IMG/VR virus record: IMGVR_UViG_3300042691_053485
Coordinates: 96,001 to 160,000 of that record
DNA from: a virus
Reading direction: 5' to 3' (one strand)
DNA: 64,000 nt
In this document: in pieces, positions 35,671-45,531 of the stretch
Position numbering within the stretch: the first letter of the stretch is position 1
Layout of the letters: every line of letters starts with the position of its first letter
The notes under the pieces: generated by a model
Database searches by the model: none
What the model was told of the DNA's origin: nothing
The model's input: only the letters and a program-made list of their open reading frames with translations
Made by a program: the position numbers and the translations under genes

Positions 35671-38600
35671 TGATAATCAAAAGTATGTGACAGTAAAACT
35701 TCAGCAAACTTTTGATTTTTTAGAAGTTCTATCACTTAAAATAAATCAGTCTGATGTCTATAAAAGGTTCTCATCAGATTACGGTGTAATTGTAGGTAGA
35801 GTTATCGCAAATGGTGGATTTGGTGTTCCAAATGCCAAAGTGTCAATCTTTATCCCTCTTGCAGATGATGAGCGAAATTTAGATGTCATCAATAACTACC
35901 CATATAAATCTACGACTGATACTAACTTTCAAGGAATCAGGTATAACCTTCTTGAAGAGGATGCACAATCAGATTGTCATAAACCAATTGGAACATTTCC
36001 AAGCAAGAGAAAGGTTCAAGATAGTGAAGTTTGGTTGGAAATCTATGATAAGTACTACAAGTACACTACAACCACTAATTTTGCGGGAGACTTTATGATA
36101 TTTGGAGTCCCTGTAGGCAATCGGAATATCCACATGGATGTTGATATAAGTAATATTGGTTTTCTATCAGTCAAGCCATACGACCTTATTGAACAGGGAT
36201 ATTCTGAAAACCTATTTGAGTCAAAAACCACATTTAAGGCAGGGACGGACTTAAATAGTTTAGTTCAAGTGCAAAGTCGGGATTATGCAGTAAATGTTTT
36301 GCCATTTTGGGGTGACCCGAGCGAAGTTGAAGTTGGAATTAATAGGGTTGATTTTAACTTAGGCATTGAGATTTCATCAACAGCAACATTTTTTGGCTCA
36401 ATCTTTACAGACTCAAAAAAATCTTCGGTTAGAAAAAAATGTCAACCGAGACGAACACTTGGAAGAAACTGTGATTTAGCGACCGGAACAGGGAAAATTG
36501 AAATGATTCGTAGAATTTCAAAAGACCCTTCAATAACCACTACCGAATATATAAGTTCTGACACCAAAGGCATAGATGAAAACGGAAATTGGGCTTTTAC
36601 AATCCCGCTAAATTTAGATAGAGTTATAACCGACGAATTTGGAAATATTATCCCATCCGAAGACCCCAACGTTGGGATTGCAACGTCTGCCCTTGTAAGA
36701 TTTAGAGTTTCATTGGATGAGTACCGATTTGGATTTAAAAATAGAACCGCTAATTACTTAATTCCAAACATGTATAATCGTTTCCAGTTTGGAGATGATA
36801 CAAATATAGGCGACTTTTTTGAAGTAAGATGGAAGAAAGTCTATACTGTTACGAATTATATCCCAAGATACCAAAAGTCGATAGGTGATTCGACACAGTT
36901 TTTTACAGGGATAAAGCGCATCGGTGAGTGTGAAAATACAACACCATTCCCGTATAATCGCATCAGTACAACATTAAACCCTATATATAACATCCTTTGT
37001 ATTATTATTGCAGCAATAGGATATATCTTAAATGCTCTTAATCAACTAATTACAGTAATAATATTTGATGTTATTTTAACATTTGTATGTTTTGTAAAGC
37101 ATCCGTTTAATTCTAGCAAGAGAGGTGCTTGTAGATGTAATGCTTGTTCAGATTTAAACTCAGGGTTAGCCGGAATCCCAACAATTCCTGCATGGTCACC
37201 ACCGTTAATCGATGGCGATGGTAGCACAGTCGATGACAGAACTGAATGTGCAATTTGTTATGATGCGAGTGATGGAAGTCAAACCTATTCGATTAAAGTA
37301 TTTCCACATGTCATGTCACCAACTATTATTTCTGACCCTGCGGACGGTACAGATGGCAGTTATTTTTCAGTCAGTGCAACTGCGAACGGTACTGGAAATG
37401 GTGCATTATTTAATGTAGTAATAACAGGTGGGCAAATATCTGTTATCAGCTGTGTTAGCGGTGGGGCAGGCTATCAACCCGGTGAAAATTTGACATTCCC
37501 AGCCAACACTTTTGGTATGGGTTCAAGTGCAAAGGTTATCCAATTGATTATTGGAGATTTAAGCACCTTAGTTACAGTTGCAGGAGTGACAGTGGATTGT
37601 GAAGATTTTGACTATTCACTTTGTAGCGGGCTATGTAATAGTTGTGATGTTTCACTTTTTAGTCTATTTTGTAATGGTGTAGAATATATCGATGCAATTG
37701 AATGGTCTGAGTGTGTTCGTGAAAATTTGGCAGAAGAGCTCGGAGTTGTTAAGTACGAGTTTTATAATGATTGGGTTATAGGCACACTTTATTCATTTAT
37801 CTTTGACTATAAAGTTAGATTCAAGAAGAAAGGTAAAAGCCTTGAATTATTTTGCGATTATGAATGCCGTGAATCATCAACCCCCGCAGACCCTGATGAC
37901 GAACATCGCAGGAATGTTTGTAGACGCTCATATATCGCAGAAAGTGAATATTTTTTTAATGGGAATTGGGAGGTTACAGAAATTAACCCAACAGATGGGA
38001 GAGGGCTAATAACAGAGTATAATAATTATTTGTACTATACACCTCGGCATGACATTGGTGTTAATGAGACAAACCCAATTGGATTAACAGTTAGTGAAAA
38101 GGAAAAATTACTATTTGCAACTAATATGATTGAGTTGGGGAGTATGGTTAATTGTGATATAGACGGCGAACCATTTCTTGTTGACGGCTTAGAATCCACA
38201 TCCTATCAAAAAGATGATGGAACAAATACCTTGTTTTCAGCAAATAATTGTCTTTCAGGTGTAAACAATATTAATCTCAGGGGTATTACACTAAGTTCGC
38301 AAGCGGGTATAGATATTATTGTAGCCGAAGCCGAAGAAGTATCCCCTACAAGCTTCAACGGCGATGATGGAACATTGTATACTATAACCGGCTCTGAAAG
38401 TGGATTAACCCCCGATTATGATACAAATACGGCGGTAATTATTTTTGACCGGGAGAACACTTTGTTAAGACGAAACTTATGTGAAAAATTTGATTTCTAT
38501 GGTACGGTAGGTGTGTATTCAACCACTTCTCAGCCAACAGGTAGTGATTTTTTAGTAGATGATAATGGTGACACTGTTGAATTTACAACTGACGTTTGCC

Positions 38601-38743
38601 AAGGATTTGATGACCTTAGAGATGATGTAACATACTTCCAAGCAGACAACATGCCACCATATTACATGTATTTTGGAATTAGACAAGGCGTTTCAGCCCT
38701 TGATAAGCTTAGAAATAACTATTTTGACAATTGCATAAGCTAA
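35642..38743 (+). CDS. Large Cys-rich baseplate/tail structural protein with internal hydrophobic segment
   Basis: Follows gp6/J; GVIVGRVIANGGFGVPNAKVSIF prealbumin-like start; ATG at 35642 chosen over TTG at 35636. Confidence 0.6.
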   Translation: MNIRIPTSTNDNQKYVTVKLQQTFDFLEVLSLKINQSDVYKRFSSDYGVIVGRVIANGGFGVPNAKVSIFIPLADDERNLDVINNYPYKSTTDTNFQGIRYNLLEEDAQSDCHKPIGTFPSKRKVQDSEVWLEIYDKYYKYTTTTNFAGDFMIFGVPVGNRNIHMDVDISNIGFLSVKPYDLIEQGYSENLFESKTTFKAGTDLNSLVQVQSRDYAVNVLPFWGDPSEVEVGINRVDFNLGIEISSTATFFGSIFTDSKKSSVRKKCQPRRTLGRNCDLATGTGKIEMIRRISKDPSITTTEYISSDTKGIDENGNWAFTIPLNLDRVITDEFGNIIPSEDPNVGIATSALVRFRVSLDEYRFGFKNRTANYLIPNMYNRFQFGDDTNIGDFFEVRWKKVYTVTNYIPRYQKSIGDSTQFFTGIKRIGECENTTPFPYNRISTTLNPIYNILCIIIAAIGYILNALNQLITVIIFDVILTFVCFVKHPFNSSKRGACRCNACSDLNSGLAGIPTIPAWSPPLIDGDGSTVDDRTECAICYDASDGSQTYSIKVFPHVMSPTIISDPADGTDGSYFSVSATANGTGNGALFNVVITGGQISVISCVSGGAGYQPGENLTFPANTFGMGSSAKVIQLIIGDLSTLVTVAGVTVDCEDFDYSLCSGLCNSCDVSLFSLFCNGVEYIDAIEWSECVRENLAEELGVVKYEFYNDWVIGTLYSFIFDYKVRFKKKGKSLELFCDYECRESSTPADPDDEHRRNVCRRSYIAESEYFFNGNWEVTEINPTDGRGLITEYNNYLYYTPRHDIGVNETNPIGLTVSEKEKLLFATNMIELGSMVNCDIDGEPFLVDGLESTSYQKDDGTNTLFSANNCLSGVNNINLRGITLSSQAGIDIIVAEAEEVSPTSFNGDDGTLYTITGSESGLTPDYDTNTAVIIFDRENTLLRRNLCEKFDFYGTVGVYSTTSQPTGSDFLVDDNGDTVEFTTDVCQGFDDLRDDVTYFQADNMPPYYMYFGIRQGVSALDKLRNNYFDNCIS

Positions 38744-40317
38744 TGGGAGAAAGAAAACAAATAGTTCCCTTGAGGTTTCGTTCTAAATCAAATGTAGATG
38801 AAAATTTTCATTTGAAGTTAGATATCAAGAGAACCGCTAAAACTTTGCCCTTTGAACATACCGATGCCACTCTTAATGTTGCAGAATTGTTTACAAGGGA
38901 AAGAAATACTTCAGAATGTTATAGATTCAATGGAGAGATAAATGTTATTGCCTCAAATGTTCTTTTCAATTGGGACGGCGAAAATTCTTTTGAAGATATA
39001 ATCGATAAAATGGATTATGACACTGATACAGGTGAATATGTAAATTCTCAAGCTGAAATATTAAAGGAAAAGGATGGCTGGTTTTACTATAATGATGAAA
39101 ATAGTTCTTGCGATAGAATATATCTTGAACCAATTCCTTATAGGTTTTCACCATTGAATCTTTCGGGTGACACAAATTGGGAGCTTTGGCTAACATATCC
39201 TGATACTGTCAATATTAAACAATTATCATTTAACTCTGTCCCGCTCTCTGATGGTATAGCGATATTTTCAGGTACGACCATCCTAATTGATGACAGGGTA
39301 ATGACTGTTTTAATTTGCCCGATTAACCACGGGTTGGTCGTTGGGGATAATATTGTAATTTCTAGCCAATCAAGCACGGGGTTTGAAGGAACTCATACGG
39401 TTTATGCACTTGGGTTTGGAGATGGAACTTACGAGTCCAATGCCTTTATTGTTGATTTAGAGATAAGCCCCTTTCCAAACTTCAGTACAAGTCAAACAAG
39501 TTTAAAACGAACATTTAACGGTACTGTATCTAAATATTTTGCAAGATGGTTCAGAAAAATATCAAGAATAGATGAGCCAGTGTTATACAAAACTGCGTTC
39601 GCAAGAAATATTTATAATGACCAAGTTTATTCTTTTGACTTTCCAAATTCTTTTGACCTTTCACTTTATGAGGATTATTTAAATCGGGAATTAACAGAAG
39701 TTTACTTTACCCTGATTAAGAGGCAAGACGTTAACCCAACAGCATTTTGGACTAATGTTCAGAGTGGGCTTAAAACCGCTGTACTCGGTTCAGACTATGA
39801 TATTAATCTGATTAACACAACATCTTTAATTACAACCATTGAAGATGTTGCACAGAACAATAGTGAATATTTATTTGGAGATATAATTGAATACAATGAA
39901 GTTAGCCAAACAGAAATTGTTCTTGAAGTCGCATATCATAGGGTAAATTCATTAAACAGGGAAAATAACAATTTCTTAGAAGGGTATTTTTATAAGCCCC
40001 ACTACAAACAACAAATTAAAAAATTCTCAAACTATGTTCAAACAAAATTTAGTACAGATAATGATGTCCCCGATTATGCAACAGTTTTGCCTGATGGGAG
40101 GGCAATTTGGAGAGACATACTTCCTAATGATTTTAGTAATTCTGAACAACTTCCTTTTGTAAATGGATGTCATTATGCCCATAGTCAAATTAATTTAATC
40201 CTACAACGTCAAAATCCGTGTAACCTTTTCGATTTGGGTAATCCAAATCCAGTCATTGGTATTTGCAACTTGGATACACAACTAGAGGAAGTCCAACCTG
40301 AGAACATTTGCGAATAA
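38743..40317 (+). CDS. Putative baseplate/tail structural protein
   Basis: TAATG coupling at both ends, structural operon. Confidence 0.6.
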   Translation: MGERKQIVPLRFRSKSNVDENFHLKLDIKRTAKTLPFEHTDATLNVAELFTRERNTSECYRFNGEINVIASNVLFNWDGENSFEDIIDKMDYDTDTGEYVNSQAEILKEKDGWFYYNDENSSCDRIYLEPIPYRFSPLNLSGDTNWELWLTYPDTVNIKQLSFNSVPLSDGIAIFSGTTILIDDRVMTVLICPINHGLVVGDNIVISSQSSTGFEGTHTVYALGFGDGTYESNAFIVDLEISPFPNFSTSQTSLKRTFNGTVSKYFARWFRKISRIDEPVLYKTAFARNIYNDQVYSFDFPNSFDLSLYEDYLNRELTEVYFTLIKRQDVNPTAFWTNVQSGLKTAVLGSDYDINLINTTSLITTIEDVAQNNSEYLFGDIIEYNEVSQTEIVLEVAYHRVNSLNRENNNFLEGYFYKPHYKQQIKKFSNYVQTKFSTDNDVPDYATVLPDGRAIWRDILPNDFSNSEQLPFVNGCHYAHSQINLILQRQNPCNLFDLGNPNPVIGICNLDTQLEEVQPENICE

Positions 40318-41084
40318 TGAAAAATATTGAAATAAACATACGAAAGCTAAGTAGTGGCGAAAATTTTGTGCCAGTTGAATTTACTCAGCAATTCAGCCAT
40401 ACCGGAAATGAGTTTGCTGAAGACACATTTATTGAAGAATCAATAGAAGCTTCGATAAATTCAATTGAAGATTATGAAAAGGTTAGATTTACCCCCTCTT
40501 CAGGTATTACTGAAATTCACATAGAACTAATGCTTTCCGGCTCAACTCCTATTACATACGATTATTTTGGATATACAAATGATGATATTAAGTTTCGTAG
40601 GAATAAATTCAAAAAATCATTTTTGAGGTTTAGCTTTTTCGATTCTGCAAATCCAACAAGGCGAAAGCTTGCCTTCCAAAATACAGTGTTTAATCAATTA
40701 AATACTGACCAAAGGGATATAAATGGAAACTTATTGGATGTCTCGTTAATGCCGGTAACCTATAAAATTTTAAACCCATTTTCCAATGCGTTGGGTACAT
40801 TTGAAAATTATTATCTTTTTTGGTTGGCAAATCCGCAAAATACATATCCAATAAATTTCTTCACAACAATAACATACAATAATGCAATTGATGGTAAATC
40901 TCAACCATTTGTTAGTTTTGATGGTCAAATACCGATAGCCCAACTAAACCAACTAAATTATTTGAAATATCGATTGATAAAAATGGGAGGACAAGCTGAA
41001 TACACTATTGATACATTAAATCGAGATGTGCAAATTTCAGGCACAACTTTGACAATAAAGCTTTACCCTCTAAAAACCGTATGA
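40317..41084 (+). CDS. Putative structural protein
   Basis: TAATG-coupled ATG at 40317. Confidence 0.6.
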   Translation: MKNIEINIRKLSSGENFVPVEFTQQFSHTGNEFAEDTFIEESIEASINSIEDYEKVRFTPSSGITEIHIELMLSGSTPITYDYFGYTNDDIKFRRNKFKKSFLRFSFFDSANPTRRKLAFQNTVFNQLNTDQRDINGNLLDVSLMPVTYKILNPFSNALGTFENYYLFWLANPQNTYPINFFTTITYNNAIDGKSQPFVSFDGQIPIAQLNQLNYLKYRLIKMGGQAEYTIDTLNRDVQISGTTLTIKLYPLKTV

Positions 41085-41926
41085 GAAAAAAAAAGGTAAC
41101 TATTTCTATTGATAGTCTAAAAAATAGGGATTACCCAATTATAAGACCAGGAATATCCGGGGAAATAAGTAACATTGATGGATGCCCAATCCCACCAATC
41201 CCAACCGATTTTTCGGAGTACATAAATGTAAATGAGAAGTTTGGCAAGATAGATAAATCATTTGTTTACATTGACCTGCTTTTCACCTCGAATATGACAA
41301 ATGTTGGTTCATTCACAACCGAAGATTTTGTTGAGGCTATTACACTTATTAACGAGGTTCCTGATATTATTAACCGTAGAAGCGGGTTGCCGATTGAAAA
41401 CTATTACACCACCGAAAGTTATTGGATTAGCGGATTAACTGAACCTCAATTAGACCAATTCATAAGTTATAATCAGAACTCGAACTATATTGTGGGTTTA
41501 AACTATGCTGATGAACCATCAATAATGTTTTCAGGGGTTATCGACATAACAAGCGACTTTATAGAATATGTGATAGGAGGAATGGTTAATAATACCGGGC
41601 AATATATTTCTGAAACAGGGGTTATCTATAAGACTTACAATTTTAATCGATTGGTGGAAGATAGGTTAGGTATTATGGTCGAAATCCCTTATACCGAATT
41701 TAAGTATAAGGCATTAGGCATCAAATCTTACAACTCGTCGCTTAATGCTTTAATCCATGAAGATGTTAGACTAGGAGTTTCAGAAGTCCCAAGGGTGCAA
41801 GAGGACATCTTCATTGATAGGGGAACTGTCAGCGTAAAAGAGAATCATCTTAGAATGGCCGAAATTTCTTCTCTTGGGCAATTACAACAATATGGAAACG
41901 GATATTTTAATATTGTAAGAACTTGA
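41081..41926 (+). CDS. Putative structural protein
   Basis: ATGA overlap; structural operon. Confidence 0.6.
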   Translation: MRKKKVTISIDSLKNRDYPIIRPGISGEISNIDGCPIPPIPTDFSEYINVNEKFGKIDKSFVYIDLLFTSNMTNVGSFTTEDFVEAITLINEVPDIINRRSGLPIENYYTTESYWISGLTEPQLDQFISYNQNSNYIVGLNYADEPSIMFSGVIDITSDFIEYVIGGMVNNTGQYISETGVIYKTYNFNRLVEDRLGIMVEIPYTEFKYKALGIKSYNSSLNALIHEDVRLGVSEVPRVQEDIFIDRGTVSVKENHLRMAEISSLGQLQQYGNGYFNIVRT

Positions 41927-41958
41927 TAAATATCCCATTATTGAAAATGAAAAAGTTA

Positions 41959-41966
41959 TATTTATA
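41959..41966 (+). promoter_or_regulatory. TATTTATA box
   Basis: 11 nt upstream of ATG 41978. Confidence 0.6.
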
Positions 41967-41977
41967 TTAAAATAAAA

Positions 41978-42877
41978 ATGGCTACAGGTTTTTACGGTAC
42001 GGTTAGATGTGCAGATTTCGATGTAAAAGATTGTGAGATATATTACACATATTCACCTGATTATACGACAGATTCAAGCGAAGTATTAAAGCTCGACCCG
42101 ATTCAAGTCCTTAGAAAACTCGATGACCCTGATGACTCCGGGCTTATCCTTGGCGGATTATATAAATTTGTTATGCCGACATCAATTTTCAATCGAAAGG
42201 GAATTTACAACATTATGTTTAGACCCCGTAGAATTAGATTGAGAATTTCAGACTGCGGCGTATTAGCCTCTAAGCCTAATATTAAAGGGATAATTTTTGA
42301 CTTACAAGGCGTTTCAGCAGATGATGTTTTCAGATTTGAAAATAATGGGCTTATTGGATATGTTGTGGAGTATGTAAATACCGCCGTAAATGTTACAGAA
42401 AAGAAAGTTCAAAACTTCTTTAGAGTTATCACGTCTAATAATCGTGTTGAACCGATTTCAGAAAATTTAACAAACACCACACAAAAGGGAATCCGATATA
42501 GACTAAATGATAATAGCACATTGACATTCTGCACTCTTTCACCTTCATCTGCCTCTTCTGTGAAGCCTGATGTAAAACCATTTCTTGGACTACCTAATCA
42601 AGAAGTTTTCTTATACCCTAGTTTTTTTGACCCAATGTCACTAGAAATAAATCTCGTGGAACATGATTTTGATACAATTGCAATAGGGCTTTTTGGAAAC
42701 CAAACAAAATCAGTAGAGGATGGAGTAAGAACATACTACGATGAGGATGGAAAGATTTATAAACAATTCAATGAGTATGTAATACAAGAGGAAACAACTT
42801 CAGATAAACTTTTTGAAGTAAAAGAAGAAAGAACAAACATAGACTTTTCAAAAGATTTCAATAATATTAAACAGTAA
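41978..42877 (+). CDS. Putative baseplate structural protein
   Basis: 299-aa beta-rich ORF leading a TATTTATA operon. Confidence 0.6.
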   Translation: MATGFYGTVRCADFDVKDCEIYYTYSPDYTTDSSEVLKLDPIQVLRKLDDPDDSGLILGGLYKFVMPTSIFNRKGIYNIMFRPRRIRLRISDCGVLASKPNIKGIIFDLQGVSADDVFRFENNGLIGYVVEYVNTAVNVTEKKVQNFFRVITSNNRVEPISENLTNTTQKGIRYRLNDNSTLTFCTLSPSSASSVKPDVKPFLGLPNQEVFLYPSFFDPMSLEINLVEHDFDTIAIGLFGNQTKSVEDGVRTYYDEDGKIYKQFNEYVIQEETTSDKLFEVKEERTNIDFSKDFNNIKQ

Positions 42878-45531
42878 TGGCAGAGAAATATGTTGGTATC
42901 ATACCGCACAAAACAAATGACCTAAAATTGAGCGAAAAGTCTACAGTAATTTACACTGTGGGAGGTATTGATATTACAACAAATTTAAATGAAAGCCAAA
43001 CTTCTGCAATTTATCCACCAAAATTCTCAGATTTTTATACAACTGAAACAATTGGTGATGAAAATGTTTTAATTGGAACTATAAATTCACCTTCAAAAAG
43101 TCTAACTCCACTTCTTGATAAAACGAATCCAAAATACTACGCAAAATTTGGCTCTATGCTTGAGCTTGTGCGGGTTGCATTGGATACTATCATATTAAAA
43201 TTCCCGGCAGCAATCAATTCTGTTACAACAGTTTTCAACAAAGTGGGGAATAATATTATTAGTGCAGGCTATAATCCTTATACTAAAGAGACAAAATTTC
43301 TAGCCAACACCAACTTTTTTTCAAACCCCTTTGGAATATATTACTTAGATAATTTAAACTATCGATTTCAAGATGAAAGAGTAGCGGATATTCGAAATTT
43401 AACTAAAAACTATTTGAAATATGAATTAGTTGTTGGTGAAGTTTCCTACCCAATACTCAATCTTATCCCTGCCGCAAAATCTACCAATAGTTTTATAGAA
43501 GTAACAGTTTCAGGTGACCCCTTTGACACTGGGGATAATTCAATTGAATTTTATATTAAACCGATTGAAAGCGAGATAAATAATTTTTATTTCAATCTTA
43601 GTCAATTCGAATCATACTTATTGAATCCTGAAACTGGTTATAAGGCTATTTTTAAAGACCGAAAGGAAACAGATGGTGGCGTGGTATTAAACTATAAAAT
43701 AGGATTCACATTTCCTATGATTGATGCTTACAACATCGACGTGACAAGCCAATTCTATGAGGGATATGTTCAAGACTTAGTTGATTTTGCAACACGATTT
43801 GATGAAGGCGAAGGTAACATTCTTATGCGAAAGCTTGTACCAGAAAATGTACAAAGTGTTACCATGGAGGATGTTAATGGTCAATACCCAACGTATGGTG
43901 AAATCAACAGATTACTAATTGTTTATGGACGAGAATTAGATGTATTAAACAGTCAAATTGAAGGGATAAGATTTTTAAATACTGTTACTTATGACGGCAA
44001 CGATAACATGCCCGAATCGCTACTTTTTGAATTTGTTAAGGCTTTGGGCTGGGAAATTAACGAACTTCCAAAAGAAGTTTTAAAAATTCTAGCGATAAAT
44101 AGCAATTGGATTTTCAAATCTAAGGGAACTAAAAATCCAATTGAATTTATATTGGATTTGATGGGTATTCCATTGGATATTATAGAGTTCAACCAATACA
44201 TTTTAAAGGCAAAACGCCCAATTGATGTCAATCGGTTGAAGTTCCTGTATAGTTTAATATCTCCGGATACTGATTTTCCTATCGAAAGTTTACCAATAAC
44301 CGAAGATGGATACCCAAGATTCTTTGATGATACCGAAGAAGATTACTTCCAGCGATACGGTGAAATTGATAGGGGATTATCATACTTTTACAAATACTAT
44401 AATCTTCTACCGAATGGATTTACTGGTTCTTCAGTTACCTATACTGAAGAAGTTAACAGCTTCAAAAGATTATTTGAGCAAGATTTTGATGGAACAGGCA
44501 GCACCTTAACATATTCAGTTGTAAACAATCTTTATAGCACTTCTGAATGCTTCAATGTCAGCGGTGAAACAATAACAGACCCCCTTCCTGAAATTTTCAG
44601 GGATGACTGTGGTTGCATAATCCCAATTTCAGATAAAGTATTAAAAGTCTGTGTTGAACCAAAAGAATTTACAGGTTGTACGAGCATCATACTAGATGCT
44701 TGGTATGATTGTATTTCAGGAGATACAGCGGAACTTCATTATAATATTTTTGGGGGTAAACCACCTTATATTGTCTCAGGGGGGACAGAAGGGCAAATTC
44801 TTACCACAGGACAAACAATTTCCCTAATAGCCTTTGACCAAAACGGATGTTCTTCAAATATTGCAGAATTAACGGTAGAGTGTATCAATCCTTGTCTAAT
44901 TACAAACATAGAAGTTGACTTATCATATTCATGTATCTTGGATGAGTTTGGTCAAAATACAGGATTGGCAATTGCAAGCGTTACAGCAACCGGTGGAACT
45001 GAACCTTATACATTTATTGGGGTACAAAGCGGGGATACCGTCAATCATGGCCAAATTATAACTGTAGAAGTTATTGATGCTAATGGATGTTCATCAGGTC
45101 TAATTGGATTAACTGTTGATTGTGAAGCTCCAAGCCCTGTAACTTGTGAAGAAATAACATTAATATCAACACTTGAAACTACAAGTGTAAACCTTGCTGA
45201 AAAGAGTGCGACAGTAAATGTTGTTTACTCACTAGAAGATTTACCATTTGGTTATATAATTGATACAGTCACCCTTGTTATAACAGGTGTTGGAACAGGT
45301 GACACGTTTGTTGTCGGCTCGCCAATAACCGAAACATTTAATTCTTTAAATGGTGCAGAAACAGTTTCGCTGTCTTACAATCCAATTTCAGTACAAACTT
45401 CAATAACACTAGAAATTGAGTTAACTGCGGTATTCGCAAATGGTTGCACTTATACCAATGATTACACTTTAACTGTAAATCCTAGGCAGTTAGGAAGTAC
45501 TGATAATTATTCTAACACCCTTTATCCCTGA
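42877..45531 (+). CDS. Baseplate/tail protein with SprB-like repeats
   Basis: SKGT...IEFILDLMG segment (P2 gpI/gp7-like); GGKPPY and GGTEPY repeats ending D.NGC. Confidence 0.55.
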   Translation: MAEKYVGIIPHKTNDLKLSEKSTVIYTVGGIDITTNLNESQTSAIYPPKFSDFYTTETIGDENVLIGTINSPSKSLTPLLDKTNPKYYAKFGSMLELVRVALDTIILKFPAAINSVTTVFNKVGNNIISAGYNPYTKETKFLANTNFFSNPFGIYYLDNLNYRFQDERVADIRNLTKNYLKYELVVGEVSYPILNLIPAAKSTNSFIEVTVSGDPFDTGDNSIEFYIKPIESEINNFYFNLSQFESYLLNPETGYKAIFKDRKETDGGVVLNYKIGFTFPMIDAYNIDVTSQFYEGYVQDLVDFATRFDEGEGNILMRKLVPENVQSVTMEDVNGQYPTYGEINRLLIVYGRELDVLNSQIEGIRFLNTVTYDGNDNMPESLLFEFVKALGWEINELPKEVLKILAINSNWIFKSKGTKNPIEFILDLMGIPLDIIEFNQYILKAKRPIDVNRLKFLYSLISPDTDFPIESLPITEDGYPRFFDDTEEDYFQRYGEIDRGLSYFYKYYNLLPNGFTGSSVTYTEEVNSFKRLFEQDFDGTGSTLTYSVVNNLYSTSECFNVSGETITDPLPEIFRDDCGCIIPISDKVLKVCVEPKEFTGCTSIILDAWYDCISGDTAELHYNIFGGKPPYIVSGGTEGQILTTGQTISLIAFDQNGCSSNIAELTVECINPCLITNIEVDLSYSCILDEFGQNTGLAIASVTATGGTEPYTFIGVQSGDTVNHGQIITVEVIDANGCSSGLIGLTVDCEAPSPVTCEEITLISTLETTSVNLAEKSATVNVVYSLEDLPFGYIIDTVTLVITGVGTGDTFVVGSPITETFNSLNGAETVSLSYNPISVQTSITLEIELTAVFANGCTYTNDYTLTVNPRQLGSTDNYSNTLYP

